NCBI GenBank assembly: GCA_031431355.1
Contig: JANPDF010000089.1
Span: forward strand, 1,490-65,489
Origin: Gammaproteobacteria bacterium
Lineage (GTDB): Bacteria > Pseudomonadota > Gammaproteobacteria > Xanthomonadales > Xanthomonadaceae
Direction of reading: 5' to 3'
DNA: 64,000 bases
Shown here: piece by piece, positions 1 to 9,416 of the stretch
How the letters are laid out: the number at the start of each line of letters is the position of its first letter
How positions within the stretch are numbered: position 1 is the stretch's first letter
Notes under the pieces: generated by a model
Seen by the model: the letters and a program-made list of their open reading frames with translations, nothing else
Database searches by the model: none
What the model was told of the DNA's origin: nothing
Translations under genes and position numbers: made by a program

Positions 1-1822
1 ACAGGTGCGAATCCGCGCCGATTTGCTGGACCGGCTGGTCAACTACGCCGGCGAAGTGGCTATCTATCGCGCCCGCCTCGAGCAGCAGCTGGGCGCGTTC
101 CGTGCCAACCTCGGCGAGCTCGACCAGACCACGACGCGGTTGCGCGAGCAGCTGCGCCGCCTGGACATCGAGACCGAGGCGCAGATCGTCGCTCGCTACC
201 AGCGCGAGGGCGAAGATACCGACGAGCGTTTCGATCCGCTCGAGCTCGACCGCTTCACCAATCAGCAGCAGCTGACCCGCGCGCTAAACGAGTCGGCCAA
301 CGATCTGGTCAACCTGCAAGGCGTGCTGGACGAGCTGACGCGCCAGTACGAAACCCTGCTCCTGCAGCAGTCGCGAGTCAGCTCGGACCTGCAGGAAGGC
401 CTCATGCGCACCCGCATGGTGCCGTTCGACGCACTGGTTCCGCGCCTGCGCCGCGTGCTTCGCCAGGCGGCGACCGACACCGGCAAGCAGGTGCAGCTCA
501 AGGTGGACGGTGCCTCCGGCGAAATGGATCGCAACGTCCTTGATCGCATGACCGCGCCGCTGGAGCACATGCTGCGCAACGCCATGGCGCATGGCCTGGA
601 GTTGCCGGAGGAGCGCCGCAAGGTACGCAAGCCCGAAGAAGGCATTGTCCGCATCGCGGTGCAGCGCGAAGGATCCGAAGTCGTGCTGAAGGTCATCGAC
701 GATGGTCGTGGCCTCAACAAGGAAGCAATTCGCAAAAAGGCGATCGAGCGCGGCCTGATCAAGGCCGATGCCGAGATGTCCGACGAGGCGCTGTACGGAA
801 TGATCCTCGAGGCGGGCTTCTCGACCGCTGAAACCGTCAGCCGTCTGTCCGGCCGCGGCGTTGGCATGGATGTGGTCTACAGCGAAATCCGCCAGCTTGG
901 CGGTACCCTGCAGATCGCTTCCGAGGAGGGCAAGGGCAGCGAATTCACCATCCGCCTGCCGTTCACCCTCGCAGTCACCCAGGCTGTGTTCGTCAAGATT
1001 GGCGACACCAGCTTCGCGGTACCGATCGCCTCGGTGCGCGGCGTCGGCCGGGTTTCCCGCGCCGAGCTGGAGAAGCAGCTGGCCAGCGAGACTCCGGTGT
1101 TCAATTACGCCGGCGAGGACTACGCGATCCACGACCTCGGTACTTTGATCGGGCACGCTCCGGCCAAGGCCCAGGATAGCCTGCAGATGCCGCTGCTGCT
1201 CGCTCGCTCCGGCGACCTGCGCACCGCCATCTCCATCGACCAGGTGCTTGGTAGCCGCGAAATCGTGGTGAAGCCGGTCGGGCCACAGGTCAACTCGGTG
1301 CCCGGCATCTTCGGCGCAACCATCATGGGCGATGGCCGCGTGGTGGTGATCCTGGACGTCGCTCCGCTCGTGCGCCGGCACATGGCCGTGGTCAAGGAAG
1401 CCGCGCCAGTGGTGCCAGTGGCCGTGGTCCCGGTGCACCGCGTCCCGGTCGTCATGGTCGTCGATGACTCGATCACCATGCGCAAGGTCACCGGCCGCGT
1501 GCTGGAACGCAACAATATGGAAGTGTTGACGGCAAAGGATGGCGTCGACGCGGTCGAGAAGATGGCCGAGCGGGTACCGGACCTGGTGCTGCTCGATATC
1601 GAGATGCCGCGCATGGACGGTTACGAAGTCGCGCAGAACATGAAGTCCGACCCGCGCCTGAAGGACGTGCCGATCATCATGATTACCTCGCGAACCGGCG
1701 ACAAACACCGCCAGCGCGCGATGGACATCGGCGTGGATCGCTACCTGGGCAAGCCCTACCAGGAGCAGGAGCTGATGCGCAATGTGTTCGACGTGCTCGG
1801 CATGGAGGCGCTCAATGACTGA
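1..1822 (+). CDS. chpA: Pil-Chp chemosensory hybrid histidine kinase ChpA/PilL, C-terminal part (gene starts upstream of window)
   Basis: ORF 5..1822 is open to the window edge. It has a CheA-type kinase core (N-box 'HMLRNAMAHG', G-boxes 'DDGRGL' and 'GRGVGMD'), a CheW-like domain, and a C-terminal receiver ('VMVVDDS', 'LLDIEMPRMDG', 'GKP'). CheB-like and CheW-like genes follow it. Confidence 0.9.
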   Translation, partial: QVRIRADLLDRLVNYAGEVAIYRARLEQQLGAFRANLGELDQTTTRLREQLRRLDIETEAQIVARYQREGEDTDERFDPLELDRFTNQQQLTRALNESANDLVNLQGVLDELTRQYETLLLQQSRVSSDLQEGLMRTRMVPFDALVPRLRRVLRQAATDTGKQVQLKVDGASGEMDRNVLDRMTAPLEHMLRNAMAHGLELPEERRKVRKPEEGIVRIAVQREGSEVVLKVIDDGRGLNKEAIRKKAIERGLIKADAEMSDEALYGMILEAGFSTAETVSRLSGRGVGMDVVYSEIRQLGGTLQIASEEGKGSEFTIRLPFTLAVTQAVFVKIGDTSFAVPIASVRGVGRVSRAELEKQLASETPVFNYAGEDYAIHDLGTLIGHAPAKAQDSLQMPLLLARSGDLRTAISIDQVLGSREIVVKPVGPQVNSVPGIFGATIMGDGRVVVILDVAPLVRRHMAVVKEAAPVVPVAVVPVHRVPVVMVVDDSITMRKVTGRVLERNNMEVLTAKDGVDAVEKMAERVPDLVLLDIEMPRMDGYEVAQNMKSDPRLKDVPIIMITSRTGDKHRQRAMDIGVDRYLGKPYQEQELMRNVFDVLGMEALND

Positions 1823-3473
1823 TGTTCGCGTCGCCTTGCTCGCGCGAGCGGGTGCTGCCCGCGACCAGCTGCATCGCGCCTTGAGCGAGGCGGGTGCCGA
1901 GATCGTCGCGGAGGGTGACCCCGCCGAGCTCGATCCCAAGGACGTCGCCGAGAAGATGCCGACCGTGTATCTGGTCAGCCTCGAGCCCTCGATCGAGAAA
2001 GCAATCGATCGCTTCGATGGCTTGTTCGCCGCACCGGGCGTCGAGGTCATGTTCGACGACGCCGAAGTCACCGGAAAGCTCGATGGCTGGGATCTCAACC
2101 GATGGGCGCGCCACGTTGCCAGCAAGTTGCTCGGCGCCGAAGAACTTCCGCCCGCACCCGCGGGTACGGATTTCATGGTCGAGGACGTGACGCTGCGCCC
2201 GGGGCTGCCGCCGACGCCGGCGGAATTGATGGACCACGCCAAGTTGGAGGATTACACGGCCGATACGTCCGAACTCGCGGACTGGGTTCCAGTCAGCCCG
2301 TCATTGACGCCGATCACCGAACAGGACGCGTCCACCGATGGCACTGGCGAAACGACCTTCACCTGGGACGGTTCGCAGCAGGAGGACTCCACGGGCGGCG
2401 AGAGCGAGTTCAAGCTCGATACCGACCTCGGCATTGACCTCGACCTGGGCGAACTGGACTTCGCGCCAACCCCTGATGCGGTCGAGCCGCGCAAGGAAGA
2501 GCCGTTGCCCCCGATCCTGGGCGACGACATGGATTTCGGCGAGTCGGTTCGCTTTTCCAGCTTCAGCGAGGATCACCAGGAAACGATCGGCGACCTGGAT
2601 GCCGATGTTGCACAGTTGGCGGCGCAGCTGGAAGCCTTCGAAAAAGCCGATCAGCGGGCCGCGCCGGCGGAGCCGGATTTCGCCAAGGCGGCCAAGCCTG
2701 AGAAGCGCGCGCCAGCGCGCGAGCCGACGCTGGAAGCGGTAGCGGTCGCCAAGCCCGCGGCCGAGGCAGCGCCGCCACCGCGCGCCGCTGCGGCTGCGGC
2801 CGGAGTGGATTTCAGCAACCTGTCGCTGACGCCGATGGAGGGTGAGCTGGCGATGGCGCCGCCGGTTGTTGCCGAATTTCCTCCTGTCAGCGAATCCCTT
2901 GCCAGCAAGCCCAGCGGCTTGTCACTGGAGTCGGACGCGCCAGCGCATGTCGGGCTCGGCGCAGTGTTGATCCTGGCAGGACTCGGTGGTCCCGACGCAG
3001 TGCGCCAGTTGCTGTCCAGCTTGCCGGAAAAACTTTCGGTTCCCGTGTTGCTTTACCAGCACCTGGAAGTAGGCAAGCACGAGCGCCTGGTCGAGCAGCT
3101 GGCAAAGATCAGTCGGCTTCCGGTGACGCTGGCAACGGACGGCAGTGGTCCAGAAGCAGGCAAGGTCACCTTGCTGCCGGCAGGCATGACTGCCACGGCC
3201 GCGGGCAACAGCTTGCGCTTCGGTAGCGGCAGCCTGTCGCAGCTGATCGATGCCCTGCCGCCTGAAGAGAGCATGATCATCGTGCTCAGTGGCGCCGACG
3301 TGCAGTTGGTGCCGCAGATTCTTTCGCTGAAGCAGAGAGGCGGGTTGGCGCTGGCCCAGGACCCGGAAGTCTGCTTCGATGCCTCGGCAGCCGAGGCGAT
3401 GCGTCGCGAAGGTGCCGCGGTGTATCCCGCGCTTGGCCTGGCACGACAGATCGCGTCGCGCTGGCCGCTTTGA
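1815..3473 (+). CDS. CheB-like (methylesterase-fold) protein of the Pil-Chp cluster, nucleophile Ser not conserved; long acidic/Pro-Ala linker
   Basis: The ATG at 1815 overlaps the chpA stop (ATGACTGA context). The C-terminal ~170 aa align by eye to the CheB catalytic domain ('VLILAGLGGPDAVRQLLSSLP...VLLYQHLEVG...LLPAG...IIVLSGAD...LAQDPE'). The middle ~250 aa are low-complexity and rich in D/E/P/A. Confidence 0.7.
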   Translation: MTDVRVALLARAGAARDQLHRALSEAGAEIVAEGDPAELDPKDVAEKMPTVYLVSLEPSIEKAIDRFDGLFAAPGVEVMFDDAEVTGKLDGWDLNRWARHVASKLLGAEELPPAPAGTDFMVEDVTLRPGLPPTPAELMDHAKLEDYTADTSELADWVPVSPSLTPITEQDASTDGTGETTFTWDGSQQEDSTGGESEFKLDTDLGIDLDLGELDFAPTPDAVEPRKEEPLPPILGDDMDFGESVRFSSFSEDHQETIGDLDADVAQLAAQLEAFEKADQRAAPAEPDFAKAAKPEKRAPAREPTLEAVAVAKPAAEAAPPPRAAAAAAGVDFSNLSLTPMEGELAMAPPVVAEFPPVSESLASKPSGLSLESDAPAHVGLGAVLILAGLGGPDAVRQLLSSLPEKLSVPVLLYQHLEVGKHERLVEQLAKISRLPVTLATDGSGPEAGKVTLLPAGMTATAAGNSLRFGSGSLSQLIDALPPEESMIIVLSGADVQLVPQILSLKQRGGLALAQDPEVCFDASAAEAMRREGAAVYPALGLARQIASRWPL

Positions 3474-3489
3474 TCCAGGAGTTCCAGCC

Positions 3490-3963
3490 ATGAGTGCCGT
3501 CCCGCAACGAGATATCCGAGGCGTGTTGATCACCGTCAACCAGGGTCGCCTGCTGCTGCCCAACGCCAGCGTCGCCGAAGTGATCACGTTCTCGGATCCG
3601 GAGCCGGTCGAAAACGCACCGGCGTGGATGCTTGGCCAGATTCGCTGGCGTGGCTGGCGACTGCCGCTGTTGTCGTTCTCGCGCTTTGCAGGCTGGTCGG
3701 AAGAGGAAGGGCAGGTTGGCGCGAAGGTGGTCGTGTTGAAGGCGCTCGGAGGCAATCCGAAACTGCCGTACTTCGCTGTGCTGTCGCAGGGATTCCCCCG
3801 GCTGGTGACCGTGTCCAGCGCAGCCCTTGCCGAATCGCACAGCATCAAGGATCTGCCGATCGGCATCCATTCGCTGGTCACCTTGAACGGCGACCCGGCG
3901 GCGGTGCCGGACCTGATGAGCCTGGAATTGCTGATCGACAAGGCGCTCACGCGCGCGGCCTGA
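3490..3963 (+). CDS. chpC: CheW-like coupling protein (ChpC-like)
   Basis: The internal ATG at 3490 sits 17 nt after the upstream stop. The 157-aa product has a CheW-type fold signature ('GVLITVNQGRLLLPNASVAEVI', 'WRGWRLPLLSF') and lies directly after chpA and the CheB-like gene. Confidence 0.75.
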   Translation: MSAVPQRDIRGVLITVNQGRLLLPNASVAEVITFSDPEPVENAPAWMLGQIRWRGWRLPLLSFSRFAGWSEEEGQVGAKVVVLKALGGNPKLPYFAVLSQGFPRLVTVSSAALAESHSIKDLPIGIHSLVTLNGDPAAVPDLMSLELLIDKALTRAA

Positions 3964-3969
3964 GCCGCC

Positions 3970-4704
3970 TTAGTTCCAGTCGCCGTACAAGGCGTTCAAC
4001 GCGGCGATCGCCGCCAGCCCGGCGGTCTCGGTGCGCAGCACGCGCGGCCCCAGGCGTATCCGTTCGAACCCAGCGATATCCAGCGCCGCGAGATCGCGTG
4101 CCGACAGCCCGCCCTCGGGGCCGATCAACAGTGTCACGGCGTCGCCCGGCGCCAGCGCCAATGTGGCGAGCGATGCCGCCCCGTGTGGGTCGAGGATCAA
4201 TCGCCTGCCGGCGCCGGCATTGGCGGCAAATCGATCGAGCGCCAATGGCGCGTCCAGCCTGGGCAGAACAGCGCGGCCGCTCTGCTCGCAGGCGGCAGCC
4301 AGCACGCCTCGCCAGTGCTGCAGTTTCTTTTCGAGACGCTCGCCGTCGAGTTTGACCTCGGTGCGCTCGGTGATTACCGGCACGATCCGGTGCACTCCCA
4401 ACTCGGTGGCCTTCTGCAGAATCAGGTCCATCTTCTCGCCGCGGGCGACGCCCTGCGCGAGCGTGATCGGCAAGGGTGACTCGCTTGCCACTGGCGTGCA
4501 GGACAGCACTTCAGCCACCGCGCTGCGCTTGCCGACGGACGACAGGCGCGCCGCATAGTCGTTGCCATCGCCGTTGAACAGCACGATGTCATCGTCGTTG
4601 CCCAGCCGCAGGACGCGCACCAGGTGGGCGACTGCGGCCTCCGGCAGCGAAAGCTGCGCTCCGGGTGACAATGGCGCGTCCACGTAATGGCGGATCGCGC
4701 GCAT
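3970..4704 (-). CDS. rsmE: 16S rRNA (uracil1498-N3)-methyltransferase RsmE
   Basis: 244 aa. SPOUT C-terminal motif 'LLIGPEGGLSARD' and a typical RsmE N-terminus 'MRAIRHYV'. The ATGA overlaps the bioA stop. Confidence 0.9.
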   Translation of the reverse strand: MRAIRHYVDAPLSPGAQLSLPEAAVAHLVRVLRLGNDDDIVLFNGDGNDYAARLSSVGKRSAVAEVLSCTPVASESPLPITLAQGVARGEKMDLILQKATELGVHRIVPVITERTEVKLDGERLEKKLQHWRGVLAAACEQSGRAVLPRLDAPLALDRFAANAGAGRRLILDPHGAASLATLALAPGDAVTLLIGPEGGLSARDLAALDIAGFERIRLGPRVLRTETAGLAAIAALNALYGDWN

Positions 4705-6083
4705 CAGCGGCAGGCTTCCCGCACGGCAGAAGCCGTGGTTTCAGCCAGCTGCGCGAGCGAAGCTTCGTCGATGCAATACGGCGGCATCCAGTACAGCACG
4801 TCCCCGAGCGGGCGTAGGACCACGCCACGCTCCAGCGCGTGCCGGTAGGCGCGCAATCCGCGCCGGTCTCCGGCTGGGAATGGTCGCCGGCTGCGCGCAT
4901 CGGCAACCATTTCGACCGCCAGGATCATTCCGGTCTGCCTGACGTCGGCGACGTTCGGGCTGCCGCGCAGCGGCTCCGCCAGCTCGGCCATGCGCCGTGC
5001 GGTCGCCTTGTTCCGCTCCAGGACCGGTTCCTCCTGGAAGATTGCAAGTGAGGCGAGTGCGGCGGCGCACCCCAGCGGATTGCCGGTGTAGCTGTGCGAA
5101 TGCAGGAACGCCCGTTCGCGGCTTTCGGAAAGGAACGCCTCGTACACCGCCGCCGTGGTCAGCACGGCCGACATCGGCATGAAGCCGCCGGTGAGGCCTT
5201 TCGACAGGCACAGGAAATCGGGCGTGATTGCTGCCTGTTCGCAGGCGAAGAAGGTGCCGGTGCGGCCGAAACCGACCGCGATTTCGTCGGCGATCAGGTG
5301 CGCGCCATGCGCGCTGCAGATATCGCGCGCGCGGCGCAGGTACGTCGGATCGTGCATGCGCATGCCGCCGGCGCATTGCACCAGCGGCTCCAGCACCAGC
5401 GCGCATATCTGTCCTGGGTGTGCTTCGAAGATAGCCGCCAGTGCATCGGCCCTCCGCTCCGCGAACGACTGCGCGGATTCGCCGGGCTCGGCGTCGTAAG
5501 CGTCTGGCGAGGGCGCGAATATCGGTTCCAGCAGCAGCGGCGCATAGGTGCGACGGTACAGCGGGATGTCGCCCATCGACAACGCGCCGATGGTTTCACC
5601 GTGGTAGCCGTTGGCCAGCGCGACGAATTTCTGCCGTTGCGGCTGGCCGCGATTGAGGAAACTGTGGAAGCTCATCTTCAACGCGATTTCGATCGCGGCC
5701 GAACCGTTGTCGGCGTAGAACACCCGGGCCAGGCCTGGCGGCGCACGCCGCAGCAACGATTCGGCCAGGCGCACGCCTGGCTCGTGCGAGAAGCCGGCGA
5801 AGATCACGTGTTCCAGTTCCATCGCCTGGGCCGCGATCGCGGCGGCGATGCGCGGCTCGCCGTGGCCGAACAGGTTGGTCCACCAGGAGCTGACGGCGTC
5901 CAGGTAGCGCCGCCCGTCCACGCCCTCCAGCCAGGCCCCGCGCCCGCGCCGGATCGGCACCAGCGGCAGCGTGTCGGGATGCTCGGCCATCTGCGTGCAT
6001 GGATGCCACAGCACCGCCAGGTCGCGCGACCGCAATTGCCCCGCCTCTGCTAGCATCTGCGCATTGCTTTCATTTTCGTGCAT
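4704..6083 (-). CDS. bioA: Adenosylmethionine-8-amino-7-oxononanoate aminotransferase BioA
   Basis: Class-III PLP aminotransferase with 'WHPCTQM', 'SSWWTNLFGH' and the PLP-Lys motif 'SKGLTGG'. I chose the start at the ATG at 6083; the ATG at 6119 is also possible. Confidence 0.9.
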   Translation of the reverse strand: MHENESNAQMLAEAGQLRSRDLAVLWHPCTQMAEHPDTLPLVPIRRGRGAWLEGVDGRRYLDAVSSWWTNLFGHGEPRIAAAIAAQAMELEHVIFAGFSHEPGVRLAESLLRRAPPGLARVFYADNGSAAIEIALKMSFHSFLNRGQPQRQKFVALANGYHGETIGALSMGDIPLYRRTYAPLLLEPIFAPSPDAYDAEPGESAQSFAERRADALAAIFEAHPGQICALVLEPLVQCAGGMRMHDPTYLRRARDICSAHGAHLIADEIAVGFGRTGTFFACEQAAITPDFLCLSKGLTGGFMPMSAVLTTAAVYEAFLSESRERAFLHSHSYTGNPLGCAAALASLAIFQEEPVLERNKATARRMAELAEPLRGSPNVADVRQTGMILAVEMVADARSRRPFPAGDRRGLRAYRHALERGVVLRPLGDVLYWMPPYCIDEASLAQLAETTASAVREACR

Positions 6084-6142
6084 CCGCCCATGATCCCGAC
6101 CCGCCGCCCTCCTGTCCATGTGCGCCGGCCCTGGGGCCGCTG

Positions 6143-6685
6143 ATGCCGACGTTGCCCATCATCCATTCCCGTGAGGAATCGCCGTCCGGCGGCGACCGGC
6201 GCGAAACGATCGAACTCGAGTTCTCCAACGGCGAGCGGCGCAAGTACGAGCGCATGTCGAGCCGGGGGCATGGCGCGGTGATGATCGCCGCGATACCCGA
6301 GCCGGGCACGATCCTGCTCATTCGCGAGTACGCCGCCGGCGTGCACCGCTATGAACTCGGGCTGCCCAAGGGCCGGATGGATGCCGGCGAATCCGTGCTG
6401 GATGCGGCCAACCGCGAATTGAAGGAAGAAACGGGATTCGGCGCCAACAAGCTGACCCGCCTTCGCGCGCTCACGCTGGCGCCTGGCTACATGACCCACG
6501 AAATCCAGTTGGTCGTGGCCGAGGACCTGTATCCGGAGCGCCTGCCGGGCGACGAGCCCGAGCAACTGGAAGTGGTGCCGTGGAAGCTCGACGCTTTGCA
6601 CGAACTGGTGCTCCGCGAAGACTGCTCCGAGGGACGCTCGCTGGCCGGACTGTTCATCGTCCGCGAATGGCTGGCAGCGCGCTGA
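6143..6685 (+). CDS. nudE: Nudix hydrolase, ADP compounds hydrolase NudE-like
   Basis: Nudix box 'GRMDAGESVLDAANRELKEETGF'. Collinear with E. coli NudE as I recall it ('LEFSNG..YERM', 'LIREYA.G...YELG', 'LYPE.L.GDEPE', 'VREWL'). Confidence 0.8.
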   Translation: MPTLPIIHSREESPSGGDRRETIELEFSNGERRKYERMSSRGHGAVMIAAIPEPGTILLIREYAAGVHRYELGLPKGRMDAGESVLDAANRELKEETGFGANKLTRLRALTLAPGYMTHEIQLVVAEDLYPERLPGDEPEQLEVVPWKLDALHELVLREDCSEGRSLAGLFIVREWLAAR

Positions 6686-7473
6686 TGCAGGACTGGATCG
6701 AGCCAGTGCTGCAGCTGTCCCGCGATGCCGGCGCGGCGATCATGCGCGTCTACGTGCAGGATTTCGCCGTGGAACACAAGGACGACCGGTCGCCGCTGAC
6801 GGCTGCGGACATGGCGGCGCACCACCTGATCGTGGCGGGCTTGCATGCCCTGACGCCGGATATCCCGGTGTTGTCGGAGGAGTCTGCGGGCATCGACTGG
6901 AGCGTGCGCAGGCACTGGCAGCGCTACTGGCTGGTTGATCCACTGGATGGCACCCGCGAATTTGTCAAGAAGAATGGCGAGTTCACCGTCAACATCGCGC
7001 TGATCGAGGACGGCATTCCTGTGTTCGGGGCGGTGTATGCCCCGGCACTGGACGAACTGCACTATGGGATCCGCAACGTCGGCGCCTACATCTGCGACGG
7101 CGGTAGCCGCTTGCCGGTCAGCTCCAGGCGCCCCGCTGACGCGCCGCTACGGGTCGCCGCCAGTCGTTCGCACATGGATACCCGCAGCGCCGCTGCGATC
7201 GAGCGCATGGGCGAGGTGAGCCTGCTGGGCATGGGCTCTTCGCTCAAATTCTGTCGGATGGCCGAAGCCAGGCTCGATGTCTACCCGCGCTTCGCGCCGA
7301 CCTCGGAGTGGGACACGGCTGCGGGACAGTGCGTGCTGGAAGCCGCCGGCGGCGTCGTCATCACCCTGGATGGCAAGCCGTTGCGCTACAACGGCAAGGA
7401 TTCGCTGCTCAATCCCGACTTCCTGGCCCTGGGTGATCCGGCGTTGCCGTGGAGGGATTGGCTGGATGCCTGA
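6685..7473 (+). CDS. cysQ: 3'(2'),5'-bisphosphate nucleotidase CysQ
   Basis: Inositol-monophosphatase family motif 'WLVDPLDGTREF' and 'SSLKFC'. The start overlaps the nudE stop (TGATG). Confidence 0.9.
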   Translation: MQDWIEPVLQLSRDAGAAIMRVYVQDFAVEHKDDRSPLTAADMAAHHLIVAGLHALTPDIPVLSEESAGIDWSVRRHWQRYWLVDPLDGTREFVKKNGEFTVNIALIEDGIPVFGAVYAPALDELHYGIRNVGAYICDGGSRLPVSSRRPADAPLRVAASRSHMDTRSAAAIERMGEVSLLGMGSSLKFCRMAEARLDVYPRFAPTSEWDTAAGQCVLEAAGGVVITLDGKPLRYNGKDSLLNPDFLALGDPALPWRDWLDA

Positions 7474-8287
7474 GCAGGCGCCATCGCGGATCGGCGATCT
7501 GCTGCGCATCATGGCGCGGCTGCGCGATCGCGAGTCCGGTTGTCCCTGGGATGTCGAGCAGGACTTCGCCAGCATCGCGCCGTACACCATCGAGGAGGCG
7601 TACGAAGTGGCCGACGCGATCGACCGCGGCGACATGCGCGACCTGAGGGATGAACTGGGCGACCTGCTGCTCCAGGTCGTGTTCCATTCACGCATGGCCG
7701 AGGAGGCGGGTCACTTCACGTTTGGGGACGTTGTCGAGGGGATCTGCGAAAAGATGACCCGTCGGCACCCACACGTGTTTGCTGGCGTCACGGTCTCCGG
7801 CCTCGAGGAACAGACGCTGGCCTGGGAATCGGGCAAGCAGGCCGAGCGGCTGGCTCGCGACGGCCAGCAAGACCACAGCGCGCTTGCCGGTATCGCCCGT
7901 GGACTGCCCGAGTGGCAGCGCGCGGTGAAGCTGCAGAAGCGGGCTGCCCGGGTCGGCTTCGACTGGCCTGACGTGTCGCCGGTGTTCGACAAGTTGCACG
8001 AGGAAATCGATGAAGTGCGCGCTGAGTTCGCCGCCGGCGTCGGCCACGCGGCGCTCGAGGACGAACTGGGCGATGTGCTGTTCGTGTGCGCCAACCTGTC
8101 GCGGCACGGCAAGGTGGATTTTGGTGCCGCGCTGCGCCGCGCCAACGCCAAGTTCGAGCGTCGTTTCAGGCGGATGGAGGCGCTTGCCGCCGAGGACGGC
8201 GTGGCGCTTTCGGACCTTGGCTTGGCTGAACAGGATGGCTACTGGAACCGCGCCAAGCGCGAAGAACGGGAGGGACTGCCGCAATGA
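7466..8287 (+). CDS. mazG: Nucleoside triphosphate pyrophosphohydrolase MazG
   Basis: Tandem MazG domains ('CPWDVEQDF', 'EEAYEV', 'RRHPHVF', second 'EEIDEV...LGDVLF'). Overlaps the cysQ end by 8 nt. Confidence 0.9.
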   Translation: MPEQAPSRIGDLLRIMARLRDRESGCPWDVEQDFASIAPYTIEEAYEVADAIDRGDMRDLRDELGDLLLQVVFHSRMAEEAGHFTFGDVVEGICEKMTRRHPHVFAGVTVSGLEEQTLAWESGKQAERLARDGQQDHSALAGIARGLPEWQRAVKLQKRAARVGFDWPDVSPVFDKLHEEIDEVRAEFAAGVGHAALEDELGDVLFVCANLSRHGKVDFGAALRRANAKFERRFRRMEALAAEDGVALSDLGLAEQDGYWNRAKREEREGLPQ

Positions 8288-8586
8288 GCCGATTCGCGAG
8301 TTTTCGGGAGTTCTATCCCTACTACCTGGCAGAACATGGCAATCGCGCCTGTCGCCGCCTTCATTTCGTCGGCAGCTCGCTGGTGCTGGGCTGCCTGGCC
8401 ATGCTGCTGCGCAGTGGCGATCCGATCTGGCTGCTATATGCGCTGCTGTGCGGCTACGGCTTCGCCTGGGTGGGCCATTTCTTCTTCGAGAAGAACAAGC
8501 CAGCGACCTTCAAGTACCCGTTCTATTCCCTGGCCGGCGACTGGGTCATGTACAAGGACATGCTGATCGGCCGCATCCCGTTCTGA
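8284..8586 (+). CDS. Small membrane protein, DUF962 (Mpo1-like) family
   Basis: 100 aa with 'FREFYPYYLAEH...RRLHFVG' and two TM helices. ATGA overlap with mazG. The family name is from memory. Confidence 0.7.
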   Translation: MSRFASFREFYPYYLAEHGNRACRRLHFVGSSLVLGCLAMLLRSGDPIWLLYALLCGYGFAWVGHFFFEKNKPATFKYPFYSLAGDWVMYKDMLIGRIPF

Positions 8587-8705
8587 GCCAAGGGAGCCGG
8601 CCCGGGAGGCGGCGGGGAACCCCCGAGGGCTCGTTCACACCAATATCACCCGTCCGGACGTGTAATTTCACAAAGCTGAAGCATCCCCTTCCAGCGAGGT
8701 GAATA

Positions 8706-9416
8706 ATGAAACGCGATGACCCGTCCGGTCTGATCCTCCTTGTCGAGGACAATCGAAGCCTTTCCGAAATGGTCGGTGAGTACCTGGAGTCGCGCGGCTT
8801 CGGCGTGGACTACGCTGGCGACGGCGTGGACGGCCTGCGCCTGGCCAGCGAGAACTCCTATGACGTGATCGTGCTGGACCTGATGCTGCCGCGCATGGAT
8901 GGCATCGAGGTCTGCCAGAAGTTGCGCAGCGAGACCAAGAAATCCACGCCGGTGCTGATGCTCACGGCGCGCGACACGCTGGCCGACAAGGTCAATGGAC
9001 TCGACGCCGGCGCCGATGACTACCTGGTGAAACCGTTCGCGATCCAGGAGCTGGAGGCGCGCGTGCGTGCGCTGATCCGTCGCGATCGCCGCCAGGTGAG
9101 CCCCGAATTGTTGAAGATCGCCGACCTGGTGCTCGACACCGCCAGCCTGCGCGTGACCCGCGCGGGAACCGAATTGCAACTGTCGCCGATCGGCTTGCGA
9201 CTGCTGACTATCCTCATGCGCGAATCACCGCGCGTGGTGACCCGGCGCGACATCGAACGCGAGATCTGGGGCGATGGCCTGCCTGACTCCGACACGCTGC
9301 GCAGCCACCTATACAACCTGCGCAAGGCCATTGATCGTCCGTTCGCCAAGCAACTGCTGCACACCGTACAAACCGCCGGTTACCGGATCGCCGACCTCGA
9401 ACACGCGCCGGCATGA
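8706..9416 (+). CDS. OmpR-family two-component response regulator
   Basis: Receiver ('LLVEDN', 'VIVLDLMLPRMDG', 'LVKPF') plus a winged-helix output domain ('GYRI'). SD 'GAGGTG' lies upstream. Confidence 0.9.
   Translation: MKRDDPSGLILLVEDNRSLSEMVGEYLESRGFGVDYAGDGVDGLRLASENSYDVIVLDLMLPRMDGIEVCQKLRSETKKSTPVLMLTARDTLADKVNGLDAGADDYLVKPFAIQELEARVRALIRRDRRQVSPELLKIADLVLDTASLRVTRAGTELQLSPIGLRLLTILMRESPRVVTRRDIEREIWGDGLPDSDTLRSHLYNLRKAIDRPFAKQLLHTVQTAGYRIADLEHAPA

Noticed and set aside
284-2242. 652-aa ORF antisense to chpA. Similar long antisense or out-of-frame ORFs occur at 12168-13376, 14356-15570, 18161-19198, 19955-21274, 31636-32883, 41091-42989, 49506-50894 and 56385-57623.
   Set aside because: These are typical high-GC shadow ORFs. 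Each overlaps a confidently recognised gene on the other strand, and their products are Arg/Gly/Ala/His/Pro-rich with no motifs. Stop codons are simply rare in GC-rich antisense frames.
8651-8660. 10-bp palindrome CGTCCGGACG upstream of the response-regulator gene as an autoregulatory site.
   Set aside because: OmpR-family regulators bind direct repeats, and a GC-rich 10-mer palindrome is not unusual in this genome.
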